64,000 bases of DNA. Source: Anaerolineae bacterium (GTDB lineage Bacteria > Chloroflexota > Anaerolineae > B4-G1 > SLSP01). The DNA is taken from assembly GCA_034676805.1 (NCBI GenBank), contig JAXDDO010000064.1, forward strand, positions 7,647-71,646, given 5' to 3'. A program made the translations under genes and the position numbers. The number at the start of each line of letters is the position of its first letter. Within the stretch, counting starts at the first letter, position 1. Of the stretch, positions 1 to 9,404 are shown one piece after another. Under the pieces are notes generated by a model, which saw nothing but the letters and a program-made list of their open reading frames with translations, had not been told where the DNA came from and made no database searches.

Positions 1-888
1 AACCTCTACGGCATCTTCCTCAAGGCCGCGGTCAAGAGCCTGGTCTGGTACCATCCCCCCGCCTTCGACGCAGCCGGCTACACGCTCCCCGAGAACTGGG
101 AGGAATTGCTGGCTCTTTCAGACCAGATTGTTGCTGACGGCACGACGCCATGGTGCATCGGCCTGGAAGGCGGTGCAGCCAGCGGTTGGCCGGGCACGGA
201 CTGGATCGAGGACATCATGCTGCGCACAGCAGGTCCCGATGTCTACGATCAGTGGTGGCGACACGAGATTCCCTGGACTGACCCTACCGTAAGAACGGCC
301 TGGGAGACTTGGGGCGAGATCGTGGGCAATCCCGACTACCTATACGGCGGTTCCACGGGCGCGCTAGCCACCAACTTCGGCGAGTCGGTCTACCCTCTGC
401 TGGAGGATCCGGTCGGGTGCTATCTGCACCGGCAGGCGACCTTCATCGAGGGCTTCATCACCGAGCAGTTCCCTGACGCCCAGGCAGAGCAGGACTTCAC
501 CTTCTTCGACTTCCCTCCCATCGACCCAGCGCAGGGCTCACCGTTGCTAGTCGCGGGCGACCTCTTGGGGATGTTCAACGACACGCCCGCTGCACGCTCG
601 CTGATGGAGTGGCTGACCTCTGCTGAAGCGCAACAGATCTGGGCTGAGCGTGGCGGCTTCATCGCCACCAACCGCAACGTCTCCACGGATGTCTACCCCA
701 ATCCGCTCATCGCGCAGGCAGCGCAGAGCTTGGTGGAGTCGGACGTAGTTCGGTTCGACGCATCGGACCTGATGCCGGCTGCGGTGAACCAGGCGTTCTG
801 GTCAGGTGTGCTGAACTTCGTCGAGAATCCCGATAACCTGGATGAGATTCTTGAGAGCATCGAGCAGGTGGCTCAGGAGAGTTACTAG
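1..888 (+). CDS. Carbohydrate ABC transporter substrate-binding protein (CUT1 family), 5'-truncated by window edge
   Basis: Frame 1 is open from nt 1 (NLYGIFLKAAVKSLVWYHPP...), so the ORF at 106 is only an internal Met. Family-1 solute-binding-protein character. Followed by two MalF/MalG-type permease genes. Confidence 0.8.
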   Translation, partial: NLYGIFLKAAVKSLVWYHPPAFDAAGYTLPENWEELLALSDQIVADGTTPWCIGLEGGAASGWPGTDWIEDIMLRTAGPDVYDQWWRHEIPWTDPTVRTAWETWGEIVGNPDYLYGGSTGALATNFGESVYPLLEDPVGCYLHRQATFIEGFITEQFPDAQAEQDFTFFDFPPIDPAQGSPLLVAGDLLGMFNDTPAARSLMEWLTSAEAQQIWAERGGFIATNRNVSTDVYPNPLIAQAAQSLVESDVVRFDASDLMPAAVNQAFWSGVLNFVENPDNLDEILESIEQVAQESY

Positions 889-897
889 GCGGAAGTC

Positions 898-927
898 AGA
901 GGCAGGGGCCGTACGGTCCCTGCCTCT
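898..927 (+). other. Intercistronic GC-rich stem-loop after the binding-protein gene
   Basis: AGAGGCAGGG (898-907) pairs with CCCTGCCTCT (918-927), and inner CC/GG pairs extend it. There is no U-tract. This is typical of mRNA-stabilising hairpins between SBP and permease genes. Confidence 0.45.
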
Positions 928-1002
928 CTCAAGAGCAAGTCATATGTGAGAGCAAACCGGCGCCCGCCCGCGGGCGCGCGGACTAGCTGAGAGGAGTGGC
1001 GC

Positions 1003-1869
1003 ATGCTTGAGCGTAGGGGCGGCCTTAGGCCATGGTTGTACACAGGTCCCGCGCTACTAATGTTGGCGTTCTTTCTCGTCTATCCCAGCCTCGCAACCCT
1101 ACGCCTGAGCTTCCTGGACAGGACCTCCGATGCGTTCGTGGGGCTGGAGAACTATCGCTTCGCCTTTTCGAGCCCGCCAATGCTCGAGTCTTTCAAGAAC
1201 AACCTGCTCTGGTTGATTTTCTTCACCACCATCACGGTCTCCGGAGGCCTTGTGATTGCGGTGCTCGTGGACAAGGTGAAGTACGAATCCATCGCGAAGG
1301 CCTTGATCTTCCTGCCCCAAGCGATCTCGTTCGTTGGCGCCGGGGTTATCTGGCGGTTCGTCTACGAATTCCGACCCCGCGTTGGCCTGCTCAACACCGT
1401 CCTCACAGCACTTTTTCCCGGCATGCAGCCAATCGGTTGGTTGGTCAACAGCAGGTTCGCAACCTACGCCCTGATCGTCGTGGGAATCTGGATGTGGACC
1501 GGTTACGCTATGATCATCTTCTCAGCGGCGATCAAGGGAATCCCTCAGGAGATCGAGGAGGCCGCACGGGTGGACGGCGCCTCGGCGTGGCGCATGTTCT
1601 GGCAGATCACGGTTCCGATGATCTCGACCACTATCGCCGTTGTGACGACCACCCTGATCATCAGTGTCTTGAAGGTCTTTGACCTCGTCTACGTGATGAC
1701 CGCCGGCCAGTACAGCACCAATGTCATTGCCAATCAGATGTACTACGAACTCTATATCAACCGCCATAACGGCCGCGCCGCTGCCATCGCCATCGTGCTG
1801 GTGATAGCGATCATCCCTGTGATGATCCTCAACATTCGGCGATTTCAGGAACAGGAGGCTCGCAGATGA
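1003..1869 (+). CDS. Sugar ABC transporter permease (MalF/UgpA-like)
   Basis: Multi-TM protein with a binding-protein-dependent transport (EAA-like) segment, IKGIPQEIEEAARVDGAS. GAGGAG RBS before the ATG. Confidence 0.9.
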   Translation: MLERRGGLRPWLYTGPALLMLAFFLVYPSLATLRLSFLDRTSDAFVGLENYRFAFSSPPMLESFKNNLLWLIFFTTITVSGGLVIAVLVDKVKYESIAKALIFLPQAISFVGAGVIWRFVYEFRPRVGLLNTVLTALFPGMQPIGWLVNSRFATYALIVVGIWMWTGYAMIIFSAAIKGIPQEIEEAARVDGASAWRMFWQITVPMISTTIAVVTTTLIISVLKVFDLVYVMTAGQYSTNVIANQMYYELYINRHNGRAAAIAIVLVIAIIPVMILNIRRFQEQEARR

Positions 1870-2726
1870 CCAAGAGACAGACAAGAGCCCTCTCCAAAGT
1901 CCCGCTGCACATCGCCGTCATCGTTGCCTCGCTGCTGTGGTTGGTCCCATCCGCCGGCGTCATCGTCAGCGCCTTCAGATCGCCACAGGCAATCCGATCC
2001 ACCGGCTGGTGGACAGCCCTTGCCACGCCCTTCGACATGACCGTATGGACGCTGAGCAACTTCGAGACCGTCCTCGACACGTTGGAGCTGGGTCGGGCCC
2101 TCCGAAATAGCTTCTTCATCACGATCCCGGCGACCATCTTGCCGATCTTCATCGCAGCATTTGCAGCCTACGCCTTCGCATGGATGCGATTCGCCGGCCG
2201 GCGTGCGATATTCTCGATCGTCGTCGGACTGCTTATCGTACCCCTCCAACTGACCTTCGTCCCGATCTATTCGGTGTATAACCGCATCGGCATCACAGGC
2301 ACATTCATCGGGCTGTGGCTGGCGCATACCGGCTATGGGCTACCCTTCGCAGTCTATCTACTGCGCAACTTCTTCGGATCGCTGCCGAAAGACATCTTTG
2401 AATCAGCTTTCCTCGACGGTGCCTCGTATTGGACGGCGTTCTGGCGGCTTGCCCTGCCCTTATCTGTCCCTTCGTTGGCCTCGCTGGCCATCTTCCAGTT
2501 CCTCTGGGTGTGGAACGACCTGCTTGTGGCCCTGATCTACCTTGGCGGCACGCCACAGGTGGCTCCCCTGACAGTGCGTGTAGCCAATCTGGTGAACTCA
2601 CTGGGTGCAAACTGGCATCTCTTGCCGGCAGCGGCGGTCATTGCGATGGCAGTGCCGCTTCTCGTTTTCTTCGCACTACAACGGTACTTCGTACGCGGCA
2701 TCCTCGCGGGCTCTGTCAAGGCCTAG
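1866..2726 (+). CDS. Sugar ABC transporter permease (MalG/UgpE-like)
   Basis: ATGA start/stop overlap with the upstream permease. EAA-like segment LPKDIFESAFLDGAS. Multi-TM. Confidence 0.9.
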   Translation: MTKRQTRALSKVPLHIAVIVASLLWLVPSAGVIVSAFRSPQAIRSTGWWTALATPFDMTVWTLSNFETVLDTLELGRALRNSFFITIPATILPIFIAAFAAYAFAWMRFAGRRAIFSIVVGLLIVPLQLTFVPIYSVYNRIGITGTFIGLWLAHTGYGLPFAVYLLRNFFGSLPKDIFESAFLDGASYWTAFWRLALPLSVPSLASLAIFQFLWVWNDLLVALIYLGGTPQVAPLTVRVANLVNSLGANWHLLPAAAVIAMAVPLLVFFALQRYFVRGILAGSVKA

Positions 2727-2765
2727 ACGAGTGCTGTCGCATCACTTTAGGTTAAGGAGAATGCT

Positions 2766-3299
2766 ATGGAACTGAGAGACGTTCGCGTTGCTGTGTTGGC
2801 CGAGGACCTTTTCGAAGACCTGGAGCTATGGTACCCGCTGATTCGCTTACGCGAGGCCGGCGCGCGCACGGTTGTGGTAGGGATGCCGGGCGTGGCGCAG
2901 TACACCGGTAAGCACGGCTTGCCCGTGCCGGTCGATGTGAGTGCCGATGAAGTCGAGGCGCAGGACTTTGACGCGGTCATCATCCCCGGAGGCTACGCCC
3001 CCGACCGTATGAGGCGCCACGCGGCTATGCTGGACTTGGTGCGCGGCATCCACGAGCAGGGCGGTCTCGTCGCGATGATCTGTCACGCCGGTTGGGTCCC
3101 CATCTCCGCAGGCATCATTGGCGGCAAGAATGTCACGTCGACCATCGCAATCAGAGATGATCTTATCAACGCCGGCGCCCAGTGGGCCGATCAGGAAGTG
3201 ATCAAGGACGGCAACGTAATCAGCTCACGCAGCCCGGCGGATCTTCCGGCTTTCTGCAGGACGATTATCGCTGCCCTGAAGGCCAAAGCAGAGCTGTAG
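2766..3299 (+). CDS. DJ-1/PfpI family protein (type-1 glutamine amidotransferase-like)
   Basis: 177 aa. Nucleophile-elbow motif AMICHAGW, and IIPGGYAPD. Confidence 0.85.
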   Translation: MELRDVRVAVLAEDLFEDLELWYPLIRLREAGARTVVVGMPGVAQYTGKHGLPVPVDVSADEVEAQDFDAVIIPGGYAPDRMRRHAAMLDLVRGIHEQGGLVAMICHAGWVPISAGIIGGKNVTSTIAIRDDLINAGAQWADQEVIKDGNVISSRSPADLPAFCRTIIAALKAKAEL

Positions 3300-3302
3300 A
3301 CA

Positions 3303-3326
3303 GGCGCCATTCGGGCGCCGGTTTCC
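3303..3326 (+). terminator. Weak hairpin after the PfpI-like gene
   Basis: GGCGCC-ATTCG-GGCGCC followed by GGTTTCC. Short stem and poor U-tract. Confidence 0.35.
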
Positions 3327-3357
3327 ATCGACACACTAGACAAAGGACACAAACACC

Positions 3358-3618
3358 ATGCCGAAAGCAAAGACACACAAAGCGACATCCAAGCGTTTCC
3401 GCCGGACCAAGGGCGGAAAGGGATTCCTGGTACGCACACGCGCTGGCCAAGGCCACTTGCGCCGCAAGAAGCGCAAGAGCGTAAAGCGTAAGTTCGACCG
3501 AATGAAGTCTGTCGAGACGCGCGGAATGCGTAACCGGATCCGGGCCCTGCTACCAGGGCTTAGCCGGCTGGACATGCGCCGGCGCACCCATGAGGAACCG
3601 GAGCCAACTGAAGAGTAA
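3358..3618 (+). CDS. rpmI: 50S ribosomal protein L35 with an acidic C-terminal extension
   Basis: MPKAKTHKATSKRFRRTKGGK...IRALLPG matches the L35 signature (MPKxKTHK, KRF, LLP). About 20 extra residues end in EEPEPTEE. Confidence 0.8.
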   Translation: MPKAKTHKATSKRFRRTKGGKGFLVRTRAGQGHLRRKKRKSVKRKFDRMKSVETRGMRNRIRALLPGLSRLDMRRRTHEEPEPTEE

Positions 3619-3674
3619 CCACCAAGGGCGTCGGAGCCTCTGGCTGATCGCCCGAATACCTAAAGAGAGGAACT

Positions 3675-4910
3675 ATGGATACCTATCGCTATCTCATCAT
3701 CGGCGGCGGCGTAGCGGGGGGCAAAGCCGTTGAGGGCATCCGATCCGTCGACGCCACAGGCACCATCGCCCTTGTCACTCAGGAGCCGCATCGGCCGTAT
3801 CACCGGCCTTCACTATCAAAGAGCTACCTCATCGGCAAGAAACCCGAGAGTGAAGTCTACGTTGCATCAGCCGATTACTACCCAGAGCACAACGTAACGC
3901 TTCTGACCGGAGTCCGTGCGGAGGGTATTGACCGCGACGCACAAACCGTAACCCTGAATGATGGCCGGGTGGTGAAATATGAGAGTCTGCTGCTCGCCAC
4001 CGGTGGGCGCGCACGGCGGCTCCGCCTACCCGGAAGCGAGCTCGACCACGTTCTGACGCTGCGCACGATCGAAAACTCCGACCGCATCCGTGAGCTTGCC
4101 GGGCCAGGCAAACGGGCGCTCGTACTGGGGGGCAGTTTCATCGGCTCAGAAGTCGCGGCCGGTCTGGCAATGCTTGGTGTCGATGTGACAATGGCTTTCC
4201 CGGAGAGCCGCCTGCTCGAACGCATCGTTCCGCGCGAGATGAGCGAGTGGTTGCACGCGATCTACGCCGCCCACACTATCAAGATCCTTGCAGGGACCAC
4301 GCCGCAACGCCTCCTTGGCGACGCGGGCGTTGAACGCGTGGAGCTGAGCAACGGGGCGACGCCCCCCGTCGACCTCGTCGTCATGGGTGTGGGCATCGAA
4401 TTGAACACCGAGCTGGCGCGCGAGGCTGGCCTGAAGACCCGCGAGCCCGACCGTGCCGTACTCGTGGACGACCACCTCCGCACAGTTGATCCCCACATCT
4501 ATGCAGCCGGCGACATCGCGGCTTGGAAAGATGTCAACTTCGGCAAACGTCTGCGCGTCGAGCACTGGGACGTGGCCCGAGGCCAAGGCTTGCTGGCAGG
4601 TAGGAACATGGCCGGCGCAGACGAGCGCTATGAGGATCTGCCCTACTTCTTCTCCGATCTCTTCGATCTGAGCTTCGAAGTGTGGGGTGATCTGGATACC
4701 TGGGATCAGGTCGTGAGGCGCGGGGACCTCGAAGCGCGCAACATCGCTTACTACTACTTCAACGAAGGCCGGCTGGTCGGCGTCCTCGCCATGGGTAGAC
4801 CCGATGAGGAGCGAGAGCCGATGCAGGCCTTGGTACGCGCACGACCGCAACACCGTGATGTGGCCAAGCACTTGCAGGACGCCACAAGCGACCTGAGCGC
4901 GTTGGCCTAG
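3675..4910 (+). CDS. FAD-dependent pyridine nucleotide-disulfide oxidoreductase (ferredoxin-reductase/AIF-like)
   Basis: IIGGGVAGG dinucleotide fold, second Rossmann motif VLGGSFIGSEVAA, AAGD motif, C-terminal reductase dimerisation-like domain. Confidence 0.85.
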   Translation: MDTYRYLIIGGGVAGGKAVEGIRSVDATGTIALVTQEPHRPYHRPSLSKSYLIGKKPESEVYVASADYYPEHNVTLLTGVRAEGIDRDAQTVTLNDGRVVKYESLLLATGGRARRLRLPGSELDHVLTLRTIENSDRIRELAGPGKRALVLGGSFIGSEVAAGLAMLGVDVTMAFPESRLLERIVPREMSEWLHAIYAAHTIKILAGTTPQRLLGDAGVERVELSNGATPPVDLVVMGVGIELNTELAREAGLKTREPDRAVLVDDHLRTVDPHIYAAGDIAAWKDVNFGKRLRVEHWDVARGQGLLAGRNMAGADERYEDLPYFFSDLFDLSFEVWGDLDTWDQVVRRGDLEARNIAYYYFNEGRLVGVLAMGRPDEEREPMQALVRARPQHRDVAKHLQDATSDLSALA

Positions 4911-4917
4911 TCAGGAA

Positions 4918-5799
4918 ATGACAGTAGCAAACACGGAGATAGCTCGCCAACTTGACGAGATCGCGGATCTGCTTGACCAGCAGGAAAGCAACCCGTTCCG
5001 TGTGCGCGCCTATCGCCATGCGGCCCAACGGGTACGGGAAATCGATCAGCCCCTCGTTGCGCTGGTCCAGGAACAGGGACCCGAGGCGCTTGAAGACCTG
5101 ACCGGCATCGGCGAAAGCCTAGCTGTGATCATCGCTGAGATCGTGCAGCGAGGCCGCTCCAGCTTGCTCGACCGGCTGATAAGCACGAGCGACCCCCGCA
5201 CGCTGCTCCAAAGGGTGCCGGGGATTGGGGAGGAACTCGCTGACCGGATTGTTGAGCAGCTCGGCGTCACCACGCTCGAGGCGCTAGAACAAGCTGCACA
5301 CGATGGACGTCTGGCGCAAGTGCCCGGTTTTGGTGAGGAGCGCGTCCGCAACGTCCAGGTCACCCTGGCGGGAATGCTCAGCGGCGCTGCACTGCGACGC
5401 GTGCGTGAGGTCAAGGCCGAGGAGCCCTTGGGCCCACCCGAACCCCCTGTCCACCTGTTGCTCGAGATCGATGCACTTTACCGGGAGCAGGCTGAGGCTG
5501 GTCAGCTCCGCAGGATAGCGCCGAAGCGCTTCAATCCCACCGGGGCAGCGTGGCTCCCGATCCTGAACATTGATCGAGAAGGATGGCAGTTCACAGCGCT
5601 CTACTCCAACACAGCGCGCGCCCACGAACTGGATATGACCCGCGATTGGGTGGTGATCTACTACAAGCAAGAGGGCCGAGAGAAACAGGTCACTGTAGTG
5701 ACCGAAACGCATGGTCGCCTGAAAGACAAGCGCGTTGTGCGTGGACGGGAGGCAGCGTCTCGCCGCTACTACGAGGAGGGACAGGGCGATGCCCACTGA
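4918..5799 (+). CDS. Helix-hairpin-helix DNA-binding protein resembling the N-terminal (8-kDa/fingers) part of family-X polymerases, without a polymerase palm or PHP domain
   Basis: NPFRVRAYRHAA opening typical of PolX. Three HhH motifs (LTGIGESLA, VPGIGEELA, VPGFGEERV). The C-terminal ~120 aa is unrecognised. Confidence 0.6.
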   Translation: MTVANTEIARQLDEIADLLDQQESNPFRVRAYRHAAQRVREIDQPLVALVQEQGPEALEDLTGIGESLAVIIAEIVQRGRSSLLDRLISTSDPRTLLQRVPGIGEELADRIVEQLGVTTLEALEQAAHDGRLAQVPGFGEERVRNVQVTLAGMLSGAALRRVREVKAEEPLGPPEPPVHLLLEIDALYREQAEAGQLRRIAPKRFNPTGAAWLPILNIDREGWQFTALYSNTARAHELDMTRDWVVIYYKQEGREKQVTVVTETHGRLKDKRVVRGREAASRRYYEEGQGDAH

Positions 5800-6415
5800 T
5801 TTCATACCCAAGGGGACAGTCGAGATACCGGAGATCCCCATCGCATCTCACGTGGATCTTCCGGCGTCCGGGACCGCGGTCATCGTCGTAGACATGCAGA
5901 ACGACTTCGTCAAACCGGGCGGCAGTCTGGTCGTGCCGATGGCGAAACACACGGTCGCCAACATCCAGAACCTGCTCGCGAACGCGCGACAGCATGGTGC
6001 ACGGATTGCCTACACGCAGGATACCGGTGTCGAGGGTGACCCCGAGTTCGACATTTGGCCAGAGCACTGTAGACGGGGAACGTGGGGATGGGAGATCATC
6101 GAGGAGCTGAAGCCCCACGATGACGATATGGTCTTCTGGAAGAACCGCTACGATGGATTCTACGGAACGGCGCTCGACCATTTCCTCACGCGCATGTGGA
6201 ACGTCAGGCATCTCGTGATCGTGGGTACCGTAGCCAACATCTGCGTCCTGCATACAGCGGCGTCGGCCGGCCTGCGGTGGTACCACGTCGTCGTGCCGGC
6301 GGATGGCATATCGGCGCTGAACCAGTTCGACCAGGCGCTGACGCTGCGACAGGTGTCGTATCTATACAATGGCCATGTTGTCGCGTCGGTTGACGATATC
6401 CGTTTCCAGGTGTAA
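5789..6415 (+). CDS. Isochorismatase-family hydrolase (nicotinamidase-like)
   Basis: VVDMQNDF, a conserved Lys region, and catalytic Cys in GTVANICV. I chose the ATG at 5789, which overlaps the upstream stop by 11 nt, over the Arg-rich extension from 5735. Confidence 0.8.
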   Translation: MPTDFIPKGTVEIPEIPIASHVDLPASGTAVIVVDMQNDFVKPGGSLVVPMAKHTVANIQNLLANARQHGARIAYTQDTGVEGDPEFDIWPEHCRRGTWGWEIIEELKPHDDDMVFWKNRYDGFYGTALDHFLTRMWNVRHLVIVGTVANICVLHTAASAGLRWYHVVVPADGISALNQFDQALTLRQVSYLYNGHVVASVDDIRFQV

Positions 6416-6530
6416 AAAGAATAGAACTGGCACTATGAGGCACTGATCAACAGGGTTTTCGGGGGAATAGAAGTGGCCGAACCACATCGACGGCTCGACC
6501 GAGGGGGAGTAAAGGGTAAGCTGGTACTCA

Positions 6531-7439
6531 GTGGGGTGGGCTGATAACGCTGTCGATCGCGTGCGCCGATGGCTCGACAGGGTCTACCGGCAACTTGATG
6601 CGGTAACCGGTGGCGCTCCAGGTATACTGAAGCGCGCAGGGCAGCGCTATGGGCAGACACGTGCCTCGCAGGCCGCCGCGGGTCTGGCCTACTATCTCTT
6701 CTTCTCGCTCTTCCCCCTCCTGATCGTACTGGTGGCCGCCGCGAGCTATATCTGGGATCTGGAAAGCGAGCTTGCGTTTCAGGAGGCTGTCCGGTTCATT
6801 GCCGAGATTATCCCCGTCTCGCATAGCTTGATCGCCGACAACCTCCAGACTGTTCTGGAGACTCGCGGAGCTGTCACGGTGGTCGGCCTCATCGGGACGG
6901 TGTGGTCCGCCTCAAGCGCCTTCACGATCATCTCGCGCAATGTCAACGCGGCGTGGGAAAATTCGGAGAGACGCAGCTTCCTTCGGCAGCGCCTGGTGGC
7001 CCTGGCCATGGTCGCGGCACTGGTTCTGCTCCTTCTGTTGTCGCTGGCCTCGTCAGCCCTAACCGGGATTCTGTCACGGCTGGAGACGCTCAGCCCGGCG
7101 CTGCGTTTCCTCGGAACCCGCCTCTGGGCGCTCGCGACACACGTGGTGCCGGTTGTGCTTAGCTTTGCGATGTTCCTGGCCCTGTACCGTTGGGTACCGA
7201 ACAAGACGGTGAGTTGGCGAGCGGCGCTATGGGGCTCGGGCGTCGCGGCCGTGGCTTGGGAGGCTGCCAAGGCGCTCTTCTCACTATACCTAAGCAGCGG
7301 ACTGGCTGGTTACGAGTTGGTCTACGGTTCGCTCGCCAGCGTTGTGGCGTTGCTCTTCTGGATCTACTTGAGCGCGTCCATCGCGCTGTTCGGCGCGCAC
7401 CTTACGGCTGCCATTGACCGAGAGGAGGGCAACCTATGA
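6531..7439 (+). CDS. YihY/BrkB family membrane protein
   Basis: 302 aa, about 6 TM, typical YihY N-terminal region (AAGLAYYLFFSLFPLL). GTG start. Confidence 0.8.
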   Translation: MGWADNAVDRVRRWLDRVYRQLDAVTGGAPGILKRAGQRYGQTRASQAAAGLAYYLFFSLFPLLIVLVAAASYIWDLESELAFQEAVRFIAEIIPVSHSLIADNLQTVLETRGAVTVVGLIGTVWSASSAFTIISRNVNAAWENSERRSFLRQRLVALAMVAALVLLLLLSLASSALTGILSRLETLSPALRFLGTRLWALATHVVPVVLSFAMFLALYRWVPNKTVSWRAALWGSGVAAVAWEAAKALFSLYLSSGLAGYELVYGSLASVVALLFWIYLSASIALFGAHLTAAIDREEGNL

Positions 7440-8335
7440 CCCACGCGCTTGTGGTGTTGAACCCCGTCTCAGGAACCCGCGATGCCGGAGAGACTCGCGC
7501 CACGATACTCAACCATCTCCAGGGCGAAGGCTGGGCATGCGATATTCACGAGACTGCCGCCGGTGAGAAGATCAGTGACAGCGTGCGGCGAATGGTATCC
7601 CCCGAGAAAGGCAAGGGCTACGATCTGGTGGTGGCCTCTGGCGGTGACGGGACGCTGTCGGCAGTCGCCTCCGGCCTGGTAGGTCACAGCGTGCCTCTGG
7701 GACTCGTGCCATCAGGAACTGGCAACGCGTTGGCCCGCGACCTCCACATTCCACTGGAGCCCACGGAGGCCCTCCGGCTCCTAACAGGGCCCCATCGGCT
7801 CAGGCCGATCGACGCGCTAGACGTAGGGAGCGACTATTACTTCCTAAACATCAGCATTGGGGTCAGCGCTGCCGCGATCGTTGACACCGAGCGCCACCAG
7901 AAGCAGCGTTTGGGACTGCTGGCCTACCTGATCACGATGGTCAGGGAGGTCATCGGCCTGCAGCCTGCCCGGTTCGACCTGGAGATCGACGACGAGCATA
8001 GAACCGTCTACGCTGCAGACATCGTGGTGGCAAACAGCGGCATTATCGGCGTCTCCGCGCTGCACTTGGGACCGCAAGTCACCGTGGACGACGGCGTCGT
8101 TGCTGTATGTGTGGTCCGGGCCCGGACGATCCTCGACTACATCGGGGCCTTGTGGTCCATCTTGCTGCGGCGGGGCGACCGCGGTGAGCAGATCGAGTGC
8201 CTCTCGGCAACGAAGACGGTCCGGATCGCCTCACGTCGCCGACTGCCGGTGCAGGCCGATGGCGAACCCCTGGGCCACCGCCAGGTGACAGCGCGCGTCG
8301 TCCCACACGCCGTCACGCTCATCGTGCCGGCCTAG
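7436..8335 (+). CDS. Diacylglycerol/lipid kinase family protein (YegS/DagK-like)
   Basis: ASGGDGTLS catalytic motif. ATGA overlap with the YihY gene. Confidence 0.85.
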   Translation: MTHALVVLNPVSGTRDAGETRATILNHLQGEGWACDIHETAAGEKISDSVRRMVSPEKGKGYDLVVASGGDGTLSAVASGLVGHSVPLGLVPSGTGNALARDLHIPLEPTEALRLLTGPHRLRPIDALDVGSDYYFLNISIGVSAAAIVDTERHQKQRLGLLAYLITMVREVIGLQPARFDLEIDDEHRTVYAADIVVANSGIIGVSALHLGPQVTVDDGVVAVCVVRARTILDYIGALWSILLRRGDRGEQIECLSATKTVRIASRRRLPVQADGEPLGHRQVTARVVPHAVTLIVPA

Positions 8336-8340
8336 CCGGC

Positions 8341-9141
8341 TCATAGCCCGAAGAGCTGATGCCGCGTAGCGAAGAGATACCGACTGGCCAGGAACGCTAG
8401 CGGCTTCTCCGCGAGCACAAACCGCTCCGACAGCGTCGTCAGCGGCTTGTCCAGGTTCCCGACCTCGGCTCGCTCGTGCTCGGCTGCCAGACGGTAGAAG
8501 GCTTGTCCATAGCGCTCGTAGTCTTCGCGGCTCTGCAGCAGGCGGCCTCGCATCGCGGGACGGATTTGGCGGCTGGCGGCATAGCGGTGCTGCGTCTCGA
8601 TGAACTCCGGAAACACCCCCGTGAGAAAGAGACACACATCCCCAATTCGCTTGTAGGGCTCGAAGCGGAAGGGCTCCTCGACGGCCTCGGCGTAGCGCAT
8701 CAGCCCCTCGACATCGAAGTCGTTGGTACGGTATCTCCGCCAGACCCCCGGTCCCAGGTTGACACGCACGGTCATGCTTGCCACGCGCGTGAACGACGCC
8801 AGCAACGCCGCCAGATAGTCGCGCACAGCCGGATCGTCCAGCAACTCCGTTACCTGCATGGTGTCAAAGACCACAACCTTCTGTTGGGCGCGCCGCTCAG
8901 TGGTAAAGGCTTCTTGTTGCAGATCCCGGCGGGCTCTCCTCAGCAGAACGCTGAAGAATAGCCACGGCGACATCTGCACCATCGACTCATCGTCGGCGAC
9001 GATGCGCTCGAAAAGCGCGTCGCTTTCGAGAACCTGATCTAGCCAGGCATCATCGAGATCGGGCACTTCATCGAACCCGGTATCCAATCCCGTCGTCTGC
9101 ACCAGGAAACGCACATCCTCTTCGCGCAATCGCCAGGACAT
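8341..9141 (-). CDS. Hypothetical protein, mostly helical, no recognisable domain
   Basis: Internal ATG at 9141 (MSWRLREEDV...) is preceded by a GAAAGGA RBS. The longer ORF to 9282 adds an Arg/Gly-rich extension. Confidence 0.55.
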   Translation of the reverse strand: MSWRLREEDVRFLVQTTGLDTGFDEVPDLDDAWLDQVLESDALFERIVADDESMVQMSPWLFFSVLLRRARRDLQQEAFTTERRAQQKVVVFDTMQVTELLDDPAVRDYLAALLASFTRVASMTVRVNLGPGVWRRYRTNDFDVEGLMRYAEAVEEPFRFEPYKRIGDVCLFLTGVFPEFIETQHRYAASRQIRPAMRGRLLQSREDYERYGQAFYRLAAEHERAEVGNLDKPLTTLSERFVLAEKPLAFLASRYLFATRHQLFGL

Positions 9142-9404
9142 CGTCACGATCCTTTCACTACGCCCGTTCTCCCATCGATATCGGCCCGCCAAGCAGGCAA
9201 TCCCCATTATACCCAGCGGCTCGCCCGCCTTCAAGATGCGTCGCCAGCCCAACCGAACACGCTCGCCGGCAGAAACAACCACTTGCGCGTGCCACGCCAG
9301 TTCCCGGCACCTTGGGCGCGAATCGTCTGGATGTGCCGGCGCCTCGGCATAGCCTCGCGCTCAGCGTGGGCTGCCCACGAGAAGGCGCTATACTACCCCT
9401 ACAG

